This document shows positions 49,348-64,000 of a stretch of 64,000 bases of DNA, one piece after another (the first letter of the stretch is position 1; each line of letters begins with the position of its first letter). The translations under genes were made by a program, and so were the position numbers. Origin of the DNA: Lama guanicoe (lineage: Eukaryota); contig MU053758.1 of the NCBI GenBank assembly GCA_013239625.1, positions 3,349,854 to 3,413,853 on the forward strand, written 5' to 3'. Below the pieces are notes generated by a model. That model did not search any database and had not been told where the DNA came from. It saw only the letters and a program-made list of their open reading frames with translations.

Positions 49348-52300
49348 TTGGTTTCTTTATCTTCTAAATGGGGATAGTCATAGTAGCTACTTCATGGGGG
49401 TGTGAGGATTAAATTAGTAACACTTTTAACATATTTATTATTGATTAACTCCACCTTATGAACAGGTGGATAGAGATGTGGAGGAAGAACTATCTGCAAG
49501 TGTGGTCTTCTGCCAAGTTAGTGTCAGAACCTAAAAGAAAGCTTCAAAAAGGCATCAAGTCATTCAGATCTTTAAACCAAAAGACACTTGTTAGTTAGAA
49601 AGCAGTGGTTTTTAGTTCAGCCCACGTGCTTCAGCTGAGAATTTTGTTAAAGTTTGAATTTTTGGGTCCCACACCTGGAGATGCCAATGCAGGAGGTCTG
49701 TGGTTAGGCCCCAGAATCTGAATTTTACAAGCTCCCCAGGGGATTTGGGTGTAGGTGGTTTCTGGGTCAACTAGAAGAATCCTGGTAGAAAATAATATAA
49801 GGGGTTTCCACTAACCCAAATCCTGGGGGAAAATTTGAAGGCTGCTTCTTCTAAGTAGAAATTTTTGTTAGTAATGACAATATTGATAATAATAACTAAC
49901 ATTTATTGAATACATGCTGTTTTCCAAATACTCCTCTAAGTGCTTTACACACATTTGTTTATGTAATTCTCAGAATGATCCTGGTGGTAGGTAGTTCTAA
50001 ATATCCCCATTTCACAGATGGGGAGAGTGAGGCCCAGCAAGGTTCAGTTAACAGCTTGAAGTCTCACAGTGAGAATGCAGAGATGGAATTTGAACTCAGG
50101 CTCCAGAGAACATGCTGTTTCCTGATTCCTGGTTATCTTCTGAGCTGTGCTAAAATTAAGCTTGTATTGAATCTGTTTCCCTCTCCATCAGTCAGTCCCC
50201 TTTCTACTGCAGTGACTGGCCTATGGTAAACTATGTTTAAAAAAGAAAAAAAAACCAAAAAACAAAAACAACCCTTTAACTACCTCCTGTGGCTATGTAG
50301 GATACTGATTTAGCTTCACAGTAAAAATCCAGACTCCTTATTGCCTTTAAAAGGCTTAACCATTCATATACAAGGTCCAGCAGATCGTCTTACCTTCCCT
50401 GTTAGCCTTGGAGTGGTCAGACCTCCTCTTTACTATGCAGTTTATAGCCATTTATTTTGATTGTAAAACGCATGTGAGATACTTTGCTCTGAGCAGGAGG
50501 AGGATGTCCTGTTTCTGGGATAAATTGACAATGGCATTACTGCAGCAGCCTAAGGTTTGCCTGAGTCCAGCAAGGTTCCTAAACCCTGAATCTTGTTGAA
50601 ATCAAACCTCACAGCATACTGAGCAGCTCTGACTACCATTTGGTTTCCCAGGTAGTGTTGATGGTTTGTATGGGGTTCACCGGGGGCCATCCTTGAACCA
50701 CACACAGAGGAAGAAGGTTTGGAAGGAAATGGCGTATGCTTGGCTTTCAGTTTAGGAAATAAAAGCTCCTTTCTGTGCAGCACTTTACAGCTTATAAAAC
50801 CCTTGCACCATCCTTATCCCATCAGGGCCCAAGTTGTTATGTCCCTTTTATTCAAGGACATACACACAAGCTGGGCTGAGACTCTGTCCTGGGGTTTCTG
50901 AGTCCAAACCCCATACGCTTCCCACATTTCCATCCTTCGGTCTGAGATAGTATGCGAGTAAGTGCTGACCGGGGTAATCTGAGCACTCAGAGGAAAAAGA
51001 GATTATTGATAGAAAAGAGGTCGGTCTGGGAGTTCTGCATTCCATTTGCTTAGTATAAGTTGCTACTTGCCTGGAGGAAGTGGATGGCTGTACTGTGAGC
51101 TAAACAGTGCTTTCGTCTTTGATGTGGGATCAGCCATCAACTGCTATCTGATACATACACTAAGACTTCAAAAATGCTTTATTGAGTAAAATTGTGGGCT
51201 TGATCACAGGAGATTGTGTTCTGTTCTGTTGATCCCCCAAGCCAAACACGATTAATACTCGAAAATCATAACTAGAGAACTCAATTCATGGAGAAAGAAT
51301 TTTAACGTGAGATAATAATAACATAATTAGGTCTAGGGCTTATAGAAGAATAACACCTGTGTAGTACTTTTCAGTGTACAAAACAGCATTACCTAAACAA
51401 TTTCATTTGATCTTCACAACAACCCTGTGAAGTAGGCATGAGCCTTGTTTAACAACAGGGAAATTAAATTTGATGATGGCTAAGTGTTTTGCCCAGAAGT
51501 GGCAAATTTAGGGCTGCAGGACTTTTACCTTCACGTTCTGTGTTTGGCTTGGGCTTACTTACTAAAACCTCTGGAAGTGCCAAGCAGTTTTTGGAGGGAT
51601 AGGTACCTAAATGGGGCTTTCTCACGCTGGGACTGCCTTGTGCTTGCAAACAGCAATTACTCATGGTTACTTTTCTGCAAAGTTTGTGGCTATCAAGTTC
51701 ATTTCTCTCTGATGGGCAGATTGACGCAGGCACCTAAGGTATTTTTTTCCTGGCCACCTGTCACGGGGAGATAGAGGAGCAGGGTTATGTCTTGAGAGTT
51801 CCAGCTACATGTCCCTTGTCAAAGAATCAGAATCAAATCCCCTTCCCTAAAGAACAGAAAGAGAAATAGCAAGCATTTAACGAAAGGGTCCAGGCTATTT
51901 CTTCAAAATGCTCTAGACTCACTCCCCACAACGATTCCTGATTCTTGATGTAAGTATCTGGAAAGCCTGATGGTTCACAAAGTGTTGGAGAATGTGGACG
52001 TCTTTTTAAAAATATCTTGGGGAAAGAGAAGTGTATACGTGTGGATCAACAGTAATTGAGACAACAGAATTCAGCAGGATTCAGACTCATGACTGTTCAA
52101 AGAAATTAAGTATTAAAGAGCATTTTCTCTGTTCATGCTGTTCCCACATGGGCTTTTTTCTAGAGCCAAAGAAGGAGTTTAGAAGGGACGGTTGTAGCTT
52201 TTCCCCTTCATGTGTCATGGCCAAAAAAAATTCTCGAACTTGTCTGACTGGCTCTAATGAGGAACGTAAGTCAACAAGGCCTGAATAAACACAAGAGAAA

Positions 52301-52407
52301 CCTGCCCATCACCTGTGGAATCAGGTAATGTAGGTCACCTTCTTGTGCACTTACACATCACTGCTGACCCTCTGATACATGGGAAATGCGCTTCCAGAAA
52401 AGTGTCA

Positions 52408-52413
52408 TTTATT
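52408..52413 (-). terminator. KRT39 polyadenylation signal AATAAA
   Basis: AATAAA on the minus strand ~195 nt after the stop. Confidence 0.7.
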
Positions 52414-52605
52414 ATCACGTTGGCAGCAGCGACTCAGGACAGAAGCAGAATAAAAGATAGTCTATCTAGCGATGGGGACCCCATGTAGTAGCAAGAAACT
52501 AAGTACCTTAAGGGCCTGGGGAGTTCTTAAACCTTTCTGGCCGGAGCAAGTACTGGCCTTTCTTTCATGAATGAGGGTCCTTTTTTTTTTTATCACCTTG
52601 GGATG

Positions 52606-52962
<357 letters not shown>

Positions 52963-54206
52963 TCACTCAAAACAAGTGCTTCCTAATGCTTGTTCATTCA
53001 TCTTGTACCTTAGTGGAAGGAAAAAAATCAGACCTGATCCATGGGAAAGCTGCATCCGAGGTTTAGAAGGACTAGGTTATGTAAGCTGCCATTATAGCCA
53101 ATGCCATAGCATTGGACGAACACGCCAGGGGTCAGAGGCTGGGATGGAGCCCAGCTCTGTCATTTGCCAGCTGGTGACCTCACAGAAGTCAGTTAACCCT
53201 CCCAAGCTTTAGTTTTTCATCTGCAGAATGGATTAAGGGGGACTCAACAGTGATAAGGGACAAGTTCAAGAGCTTAACTATCTGAGGAGGGAAGCTAAAC
53301 AGGTGTTGTTCTTCATCAGATAATTAGTCATAATACTTCTGGGTGGCCTGATTCCCGTCTAGGGAAGAGTCCTCAGCACTTCATCAGAAGCCCTTGAAGT
53401 GCCTCCGTGCACCTAAAAATGAATAATCCTTAGAGAATTGGAGTTAGGAGTTAATAGTAAGAACTCTTTTTAGAAAACAGCATCTTTCTTTGATGATTCA
53501 AGGCACTTTGGAATATTGTAGCTCCTCTGGGCGATCGCACAGGTTAACAGTGTGCGAACAGAGTTCACTAAGTGTTTTGGGGAGGGAAACAATTAGTGGG
53601 GAGCAGACCTAGTTAGCAATTGTAAGTAGGTCTGCATTTGAAGTGTTAGTTTGGTCTGAGTTGCTTCAAAGAGCTTCTGCTCTATTCCTTATGGATTGGT
53701 AACTTATTATTTCAAAAAATACAACTTCCATAAAAAAAAATGCTGAAACACATATGTACACATTGTTGGCCTCTAAGGACAAGTGGCTGGAAAAGGTTAA
53801 GGGTTTAAGCCTGAGCAGAACGTCCTCCAAAGACAGCAGGGTTTTCTCGTTCAGTCTCATGGAAGTCAGAAGTTCATGTCAGTGGGGGGAAATCTGTAAA
53901 TCACCAGGAATGTTCATCTTTGGGGAAACCATTCTTTTCCTAGTAATTTTTAAAACTCTAAGAAGCTAGCCAACCTATAAGGGGTTAATCTGGAGCACTG
54001 GTTATTCAAAACAACTCGGATCAGCTAACCCGTCCAGTTTGGTCTAGGTTATGATTGTAGGTGTCCAAACGGCACGGCTTGCGAGGCCCTTCCAGCCTCT
54101 TCCAGCCGCAGCTCCCCCTCACTGGCAAGAAGCACCAGCACTTGTCCCCTGTTGTCAGTACATACATGTGCGTGCTTGAGCCTCTGTCTCATAGAAGCTG
54201 CTTTTA

Positions 54207-54479
<273 letters not shown>

Positions 54480-55409
54480 TTAAGCCCAGATCACTTGTGA
54501 TCTGTATCATATGAAACAATGGTTTCTTTGTGACAGGTACTAATGAATCTCCAAACCCTCTTATTGCTTCCTAACCAAATAAATCCAAAAATAAAATTAC
54601 CAACTATGCTAAAGCTTGCTTTCTTTATCCTCTTTTTTGGGCATCTCTTTAAATATTTACTTCTGTTCCTCTTTCTCAGTCACCCGATCATCTCCTATCA
54701 CACTGTCCTACCTATGACAGAAAGAAACATTCCAACTTATTTCACATCTAGTCATTAAAAACACAGTACCACGGCACCTCATTCTACGAGTATTTGTACC
54801 TTAAAAAGGAAGTGAGTAGCATTTAGCCATAAACAATTCTCTCACTGGATCGATTCCTTTATAGGTAACCTATGAGAGTTGAAACTTTGATGTTTAAAGT
54901 TCTTTCCTGATCTATCATTCTATAAGCCAATGGTTGGAATTTTAGGTTTCAGTAACCTGTAACTTGCATGATTATTCCAATTTTTATAGATGAGAAAACT
55001 GAGATTCAAGAGGTTAAATGCGTTGCCTATGGTCATGTGACTAGCTGGTGGCAAAGCGAGCTTTGGGGCAAGGTCTTCCTATTAACCTTTGTATCAGAGC
55101 ATTTAAATAGTTGCCTGCCTTAGGGAGGCAGCAGAATGAGGCAGAAGTGGTCCCAGCTTTGTAACCTGCCTTCTGGCTCAGACTCTTAACTTCTTTTGTG
55201 ACTTTTGACAAGTTACTTAATGCCTCAGGAGCTCCATGTCTCCATCTATAAAATGGGTGAGATGAAACTTATCTTGGGATCTGACTTGGGAAAATCACCT
55301 TAGCTCTCTGAGCCTCATCTGTAAAATTGACTTAGTAGTTATGCCATCTCCCTCATAGGATTGTTTTATCAATTTGGTAGTTTGTAGAAATGTTTTGTAT
55401 ATGTCTCAT

Positions 55410-55926
<517 letters not shown>

Positions 55927-55952
55927 TCAAGGCCCCTGGAAATGCAATGTCA

Positions 55953-56147
<195 letters not shown>

Positions 56148-56636
56148 CTATGAAAAGAAAAATAGTGTGAAGTCCCTTGGTGAACAGATGTCCCCACCTT
56201 GTGTTCTTGTTTTAATCTAACAGTGATAATTTAGCTTAATTGCATCTGAAATACAGCCCATGATAAAGGAATACATGATTTATAGGTGCTATTAAGATGC
56301 TATAAAATGGCTTAAGGCTATTTCAGATATGACTGTGTGTTCAAATATGTGCACTGTGAAAAGGAATGGACTAGCAAGACCAGTATATTAAAGAATTTAG
56401 ATCATTTCCAGGGGTAGTGGGTGAAGTGGCATACAGGTGGAATTCATAATGAAAGACCATAATCTCTTGATGCCAACATGCATTTATGCCAGTACTGACT
56501 TAGACCAATAGCGGCAGAAGTCTGTGCAGGGATGCCAACAAAATGATGGGAAACCTGTGAGCTCAGGGAAATTGGGTTGCTTCCTTCTCCTGGAAAAGCT
56601 GAGGAGGACAGTGGGGCCTTCCAATATTGTGTTCTA

Positions 56637-56903
<267 letters not shown>

Positions 56904-57539
56904 TTAAAAATGAGACACGGAAAGACATTAAGATGTAGATGATGTCAGTCACGCCAAGCAGAACTCTCCAGCACTTTCCTCTGGGCTTCTCATTTCCTGT
57001 ATTTCTAGTGCAGGATTTTTTTCTCTTTAGAGGTGAAGCCATTTGAAAAATATCACTACTTCATTATGATTCCTAAATTTGCCAGAGTGATGCTGCCTTG
57101 CCGCTGAGATGAAGGCGTTTATCCTCCTTCCCCTGCCCCCTAGGGGCAGTGCAGTGGAAGTGGAAAGAGCAAGGAGTTAAAACTTAGCAAGCATGGGTCC
57201 AAGTTCTGGCTCTGTCTTGTATGGTAGTATGCCTTTGGGTAAGTAGCTGAACCCCATTAAACCTCAGTGTTCTCGCCTTAAATGGGGGTACTAACACAGC
57301 AGCTCTGCCTGTTTTACTGACTGTTGTGCAGGTAATCAGATGCATTTGTATGTTAGAAACTACAGGTGCTGTATACATGCCAGTGGTTATGAGTCTTAAT
57401 CATTTATATGGAATTTGAACGTCTTCTCTGGGTTGGGCAGGAGGGTTAGCAGACAATCTTGGAGATGATCTTAGGGGGAGTGAGCAGCATCAGGCGCAGG
57501 GTGAACTCTGTCATGAACGACAGAGTTGGGTGGGCTTAC

Positions 57540-57622
57540 TTGGCTCTCAAGTCATCAGCAGCCAGTTTGGTGTTGCCAATTTGTGAGACCAGTCTGGAAT
57601 TCTCAGCCTTGGTACACAAGAT
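57540..57622 (-). CDS. KRT39: Keratin 39, exon 2, 83 nt
   Basis: aattctag|ATC TTG TGT...; ILCTKAENSRLVSQIGNTKLAADDLRA(K); donor AA|GTAAGC. Confidence 0.95.
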
Positions 57623-58394
57623 CTAGAATTAAGAAGTTGTACACACAAATGAGACAAACACCAAGATCGCCTCCTTTAAAAGCCTCCGAGGCGCTTGTGT
57701 GTGTATCAGTTAACAGGCTTTTCGTAGCTATGCTTAGGATGCTTGGGAAACTTTGGAAAGTCTTAAAAGATTGGCAAGAATGACTACAGTAAAAACTCTT
57801 GTCGATGTTTTACTCTTAAAATACAAAATTCATCCTAAATTTGCATTAGCTTCCACCGTCCACTAGAATGTAAATGCTGTGAGGGCGAGACTTTTTAGTT
57901 CACCAGGACATTCCAAGAGCCTAGAATAACGCCTGGTGCATCGTTGTTGGTGCTCAGTAAATATTTGTGGAAAAAATATAATAGAATAAATCCAGCCTGT
58001 GTAGCAGCAGCATATCGCTCTGAATAGGAAACAGGTTTGATGTGGGGAAAAAACTATTTAAACAATTTGGAGATGATGAGATGAGCATAAAAGGGGGGAA
58101 GAGTGGTAATGGTTGAAAAGAATGGATAAAAGTTAATCTGTTTAGGAACTTATGAAAACAAAATTCATTTTCTCAGGTCCCAGTTTTCTCACTTTTGTGA
58201 AAGAAATGGCAGCAGTGGGTTATTAGTACAACTTGGTCCTGAGTTAATCTGGTTATAAGGGCAGAGTGTATCTCTGGAAAATGAAAAATGATAAAACTGT
58301 AAACATTGCCTCAAGGTAACAATTTCATTCCAGAGATTTTCTTATTCTACAAAATATTTTTCAGCAGAAAAGAAACTAAACATGTTAAGGTTTA

Positions 58395-59003
<609 letters not shown>

Positions 59004-59043
59004 CTAAATGCCAAACCTCTTGGCTTTTTCCTCTTTGAAGTGC

Positions 59044-59050
59044 TTATATA
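59044..59050 (-). promoter_or_regulatory. KRT39 TATA box (TATATAA)
   Basis: GCTATATAAGCA on the minus strand ~120 nt upstream of the ATG. Confidence 0.8.
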
Positions 59051-59809
59051 GCCTTCGTTCCAGGTGGTGTTGCAGCAGGCAAGATGTTTTCCTTTCTAAT
59101 GTTTATATCAAATCCCATAGGAACATCTCATTAGTCTGCTTTTTACTTGCCTGAGAAGAGTTACTTGTCTCATAAAAATGTGCATTTAGGCTGTTACTAA
59201 GTCATTACCCATCACAACTACTATTTGTCGTTGGATTCAGAGCTTCACATTATGTCTTCAAAAGGAACTGTTGTCACAGTTCTAACAGCATCCATCATTA
59301 AGCAGGTGTGAGTGTATTAAGTTTATTAAGTCTTTGTTGACCTCTCCACCTGGTATTGAGCTTGACCAGGAATGAGTCCATCCTTCTTTTCCTTTCTTCT
59401 CTAAAAAAGGGAAACTATTAATATCCAATAATTATTGGTGAACTTACAAATCAGTATTGTTTTGGTTTGTCCAGCTGATTTCCCCATTTTCATTATTTGA
59501 CCATAGGGGGTATGGATTAAAATGTTGGTTTTAATAAGACTCTTTTTAAAGGTAATTGCTGGATTCCTGTTTTAGAGTCTCAGGTAGGGTTTGATTGCTA
59601 ACAAATTCCTTGGAGAAGAGGCTGGTTACCTTTTGGTTTTCCAAAACTTCCATTCTGTGACATTATTAGTGCTCAGTGTTTGCATGTCGTATTATAATAG
59701 CTAAAATTTTGTTATGGTGTTGGTTTATGTTTGCTGTTTAAACATGATCTGTTGAAAGATAAGTGTGTTCTTTCTCAGGACTACTTAACTCAGCATTTTC
59801 TTAAGAAAG

Positions 59810-60177
59810 CTGTTTGTTCCTGATCCTTTCTGGAGGCCCTAGGAGAGAATCATTTCCTTGACTTTTCCAGCTTTAGAGCCTGTCCACATTCTTTGGCTTG
59901 TGGCCCTCTTCCATCTTCAAAGCCAGCAATGTACAGTCAGATCTTTCTCCCATTGCATCACCCTGACATTGACTCTTCTGCTCCCTTCTTCCACATTTAA
60001 GCAAGAACCCTTATGATTATTTTGGGCCCACTTATATCATCTAGGATGATCTTTCTATTTTGTTTAAGGTCAGCTGATTAGCAACCTTACTTCCCCTTTG
60101 TCATGTAGCCTAAAATAGTCAAAGGTCTGGGATGAGGGCATGAACATCTTTGGAGGCCCCTTATCCTGCATACCACA
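59810..60177 (-). mobile_element. MLT1C/D-like MaLR LTR fragment
   Basis: TTCTGGAGGCCCTAGGAGAGAATC...CTTGTGGCCCTCTTCCATCTTCAAAGCCAGCAA...CATCTTTGGAGGCC...TACCACA. Confidence 0.7.
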
Positions 60178-60189
60178 GAGTGGGAGGAA

Positions 60190-61545
60190 AAACACGATTT
60201 CTAATAGCACTAGCAAATATAAGATATGCAGGAATCAATTTAGCTAGAAAGGTACAAGATCTACATGAATACAATGTTAAAATATAGTGAAGAACAGAAA
60301 ACTAGAATAAATGGAAAGATATATTACGTTCTTGGACTGAAATACTGTATTCATCATTATGAAAAAGTGAATTATATCTACATTAATTTAACTTAGGTCT
60401 CAATAAGTTTATTGAGACAGTATCATTATGTGCCTTTTTTTCAACTAGACAAGATAATTCTAAAGTTTTATGAGAAAAATTAAACAAATTATAATGGCCA
60501 GGAAAACTCTGAAAAAGAAAAGCTATGGAGAGATCAATACTTCCCGATTTTAAAATATATTTTAAAGCTTCAATAATTAAAATAGTGTAGTATTGATGCA
60601 TGAATAGTCAGACTGACTGATAGGTTAGAATAAGAAGTCTAGAAATAGATTCCCAAAGAAATTGGAATTTAGTAGGTGGTAAATGTGACTTTTTAAATCA
60701 ATGAGGAAAAGACAGACTGTCATATACAGTTGGGGACATTTCTGTATCACTCAGAGTTGGGAGCTGGACAAGGAATATTGGAATCATACCTAATGCCTTG
60801 TAGTAGGACAATTACAAACTGATCAAAGATTCAAATATGAAAAAATAATATTGTAAGTGTGTTAAAACAAAACATAGGAAAATTCTTTTATAAGTTTGCA
60901 GTCAGAAGGCCTTTCTAATGACTCAAAATTAAGAAACCATAAAAATTTACAAATTTGACTACATAAATAACTTGTGCATGGATAAAAACATAAAGTATAA
61001 AATCAGAAGACAGATGACAAATTGGGAAAGAAGATTTGCAATTATACTATAGATAGTGACCAAAAGGAAAATAGAAGAGGCACTTTTAAAAGTGTCTTAG
61101 AGTGTTCAATGTCACTAATGAAAAAGGAAATGTAGATTTAAACTACACTGAGATATCATTTCATTTTTCCATCTGTCAGACTAGAAAAAAAGTTTGATAA
61201 CAAATACATTGTACTGTGTACCTCTCATTTATTTCTGGCAGGAATGTAAATTTGTTCAAGTTACTGTAGTGCTACTGTAATCAAGACAGCATGATACTGG
61301 CAAATGGTTGGCAAATAGATTAACGGAAAAGAATGTAGAATCTAGAAATAGACCCAAATATGTGGTCAGTTGGTTTTTGACAAAAGTTCCAAAGTAAGTC
61401 AATGAGAAAAGGATAGCCTTTCAATAAATGTTGCTTAATTAATTAGATAATTATATATCAAAAACTATTACATCTTGAGCTCTACCTCACACTGTACACA
61501 AAAATTAATTCACGATGGGGTAAATACTTAAATGTGAAGGTTATA
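60190..61545 (+). mobile_element. Old, fragmented L1 ORF2 relics
   Basis: A-rich degraded ORF2 text (AATAAATGGAAAGATAT, CTAGAAATAGA twice, TACTGTAATCAAGACAGCATGATACTGG). Confidence 0.7.
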
Positions 61546-61549
61546 TGCA

Positions 61550-61800
61550 TAGATATACTTCATTTTACTGTGCTTCACAGATTTTACCTTTTTTACAAAT
61601 TGAAGGTTTGTGACAACCCTGCCTTGAGGAAGTCTATCAGCACTATTTTCCAAACATTTGCTTACTTTGTGTCTCTGTCACATTTTGGTAGTTCTCATAA
61701 TATTTTGAACTTTTTCATTATTATATTTGTTATAGTGATCTGTGATCAGTGATCTTTGATGTTACTATTACAAAAATATAACTTGCTGAAGGATCAGATA
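61550..61800 (+). mobile_element. Internally deleted Tigger1-like (TcMar) fragment
   Basis: TTTTACAAATTGAAGGTTTGTGACAACCCTG...TCACATTTTGGTA...GTGATCTGTGATCAGTGATCTTTGATGTTACTATT matches the recalled Tigger1 5' end, joined to a 3' piece (GCTGAAGGATCAGAT). Confidence 0.75.
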
Positions 61801-62415
61801 TAGGAAGGTTAAAAGACAAAAGTAGTAAAATTATCTATATCTACAATAAGTAATTCAGGGATACATGAAACATATATGATGTCAAAAATATTAAATGTTG
61901 GGGGCAGGGAAGAGTGAAAATGCAGGATTGTTAGAATGCATTCAAACTTAAGAGGTTATCAACTTAAAATAATAATTCAATATATGATTATATGTACATA
62001 CATACACACACACACCCCTCATGGTAGCCACACACTAAAATCTATAGTAGACACACACACACAAAAGGAGAAAGGAATCCAACTATAACTCTAAAGATAG
62101 TCTTCAAACACAAGACAACAGAGCAAAATAAGAAAGGAACAAAAAAAAAACCAATAAAATGAAAAAAATAGCAATAATTACATACTTATCAATAATTACT
62201 TTAAATGTAAATGGGCTAAATCAAAAGACAGAGTGACTAAGTAGATAAAAACAAGATCCATATACATGCTGCACACAGAAATTTACTTCAGATCTAATGA
62301 CACACAGATTGAAAATGAGGGGATAGAAGATAATATTTCATAAAAATGGAAATGAAAAGAAAGCTGGGGTAGCAATACTTATATCAGACAAAATAGACTT
62401 TAAAACAAAGACTGT

Positions 62416-62739
62416 ACCCACTCCTGGGCATATATCCAGAAGGAACCCTACTTCAAAAAGACACCTGCACCCCAATATTCATAGCAGCACTATTTACAAT
62501 AGCCAAGACATGGAAATAGCTTAAATGTCCATCAATAGATGACTGGATAAAGAAGATGTGGTATATTTATACAATGGAATACTATTCAGCCATAAAAATG
62601 ACAACATAACACTATTTGCAGCAACATGGATGCTCCTGGAGAATGTCATTCTAAGTGAAGTAAGCCAGAAAAAGAAAGAAAAATACCATATGAGATCACT
62701 CATATGTGCAATCTCAAAGAAAGGAAAGAAAGGAAGAAA

Positions 62740-62803
<64 letters not shown>

Positions 62804-62848
62804 AAAGAAGAAAGAAAGAAAATGAAAAGAGAAAGAAAGAAAGAAACA

Positions 62849-62904
<56 letters not shown>

Positions 62905-63281
62905 AAAAGAAAGAAAGAAAGAAAGAAAAGAAAGAAAGAAAGACAAATGAACATAAATACAAAACAGAAACAGACTCATAGACATAGAATACAAACTTGT
63001 GGTTACCAGAGGGGAGAGGGGTGGGAAGGGACAGACTGGGAGTTCAAAATTTGTAGATACTGACAGGCATATGTAGAATAGATAAACAAGACTATACTGT
63101 ATAGCACAGGGAAATATATACAAGATCTTGTGGTAGCTCACAGTGAAAAAGAAAGCGACAATGAATATATGTATGCTCATGTATAACTGAAAAATTGTGC
63201 TCTACACTGGAATTTGACACAACATTGTAAAATGACTATAACTCAATAAAAAAAGTTTAAAAATGGGAAAAATAAAAAAAA
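62416..63281 (+). mobile_element. Younger 5'-truncated L1 3' end nested in the older L1
   Basis: CCCACTCCTGGGCATATATCCAGA...ACAACATTGTAAAATGACTATAACTCAATAAAAAA; flanked by TAA(AA/GG)CAAAGACTGT duplication. Confidence 0.85.
62717..62945 (+). repeat. Long imperfect (GAAA)n microsatellite within the L1 3'UTR
   Basis: ~230 bp of GAAA repeats with interruptions. Confidence 0.95.
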
Positions 63282-64000
63282 TAAGGCAAAGACTGTGACA
63301 ACAGACAAAGAAAGATGTTACATAATCATAAAGGGATCAATTTAACAAGAAGAGATAACAATTATAAATGTATATGGATCCAACATATGAGTGCCCAAAC
63401 ACACAAAGCAAATATTCACAAAAAACATATAAAGGGAGAAGTTGACAGTAACACAATAATTGTATGGAACTATAATACCCCACTTACATCAATGGACAGA
63501 TCATCCAGACAGAATATCAATAAGGAAACACTGGCTTTAAACAACATGTTAGATTAAATAGACTTAATAGATGTATACAGAACATTTCCCTCCCAAACAG
63601 CAGAATACACATGCTTTTCAAATATATATGGAACATTCTCCACAATGAACAATATGCTAAGCCACAAAACAAGACTCAATAAATAAGACCTAGTTCCTTT
63701 AGGTGTAAAATTAGATTGTTTATTTGAAATTTTTATTGTTTCCTAAGGTAGGCTTGGATCGCTGTGAACTTCCTTCTTGGAGCTGCTTTTGCTGTGTCCC
63801 ATAGGTTTTGGATCATGGTGTTTCCATTTTCATCGTCTCAGATGTTTTTTGATTTCCTCTTTGATTTCTTCAGCAGCTTATTGATCATTTAGTAGCATGT
63901 TGTTTAGACTCCACATGTTTGTGGTTTTTGCAGTTTCTTCCCTTGTAGTTGATCTCTGTCTCATACTGTTGTAGTTGGAAAAGATGCTTGATTTCAATCT

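Larger units (their letters stand above)
61805..64000 (+). mobile_element. Older L1 (inter-ORF + ORF2 endonuclease region), interrupted by a younger L1 and with its distal part inverted
   Basis: CAATAATTACTTTAAATGTAAATGGGCTAAA (ORF2 start), GCAATACTTATATCAGACAAAATAGACTTTAA, resumes at 63297; minus-oriented ORF2 text from ~63690. Confidence 0.8.

Noticed and set aside
35700..52300. Additional gene between KRT23 and KRT39
   Set aside because: Only repeats and short ORFs without a spliceable, homologous structure.
62521..63180. Long ORFs (219 aa FLSF-rich; KERK-rich on the plus strand)
   Set aside because: Artefacts of the (GAAA)n microsatellite inside an L1 3' end.

Overview
Mammalian genomic DNA from the type I keratin gene cluster, most likely a camelid, judged from a Vic-1-like tRNA-derived SINE at ~21.5 kb. 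Two complete, spliceable genes lie on the minus strand. KRT23 has 8 coding exons (33287->20879, 1263 nt CDS, 420 aa). The hair-type keratin KRT39 has 7 coding exons (58928->52606, 1479 nt CDS, 492 aa). All introns are GT-AG and exon sizes match the type I keratin pattern. The rest is intergenic or intronic DNA rich in L1, L2, MIR, MaLR LTRs, hAT/Tigger DNA transposon relics and microsatellites; nearly all other ORFs in the track are spurious. I found no convincing new biological system. The most notable oddities: (1) KRT23 has a stop 4 codons before the still-visible ancestral stop, a 9-bp duplication in its micro-exon, LNSR in place of LNDR, an in-frame stop-free intron and a uORF overlapping its ATG; (2) an intronic MER53 has a perfect 21-bp stem resembling a miR-1302 precursor; (3) several candidate regulatory modules (CTCF, duplicated TCF/LEF, AP-1 clusters); (4) several structurally unusual L1 insertions. 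Repeat family names and orthologue comparisons are from memory, repeat boundaries are approximate, and all need RepeatMasker/BLAST confirmation.
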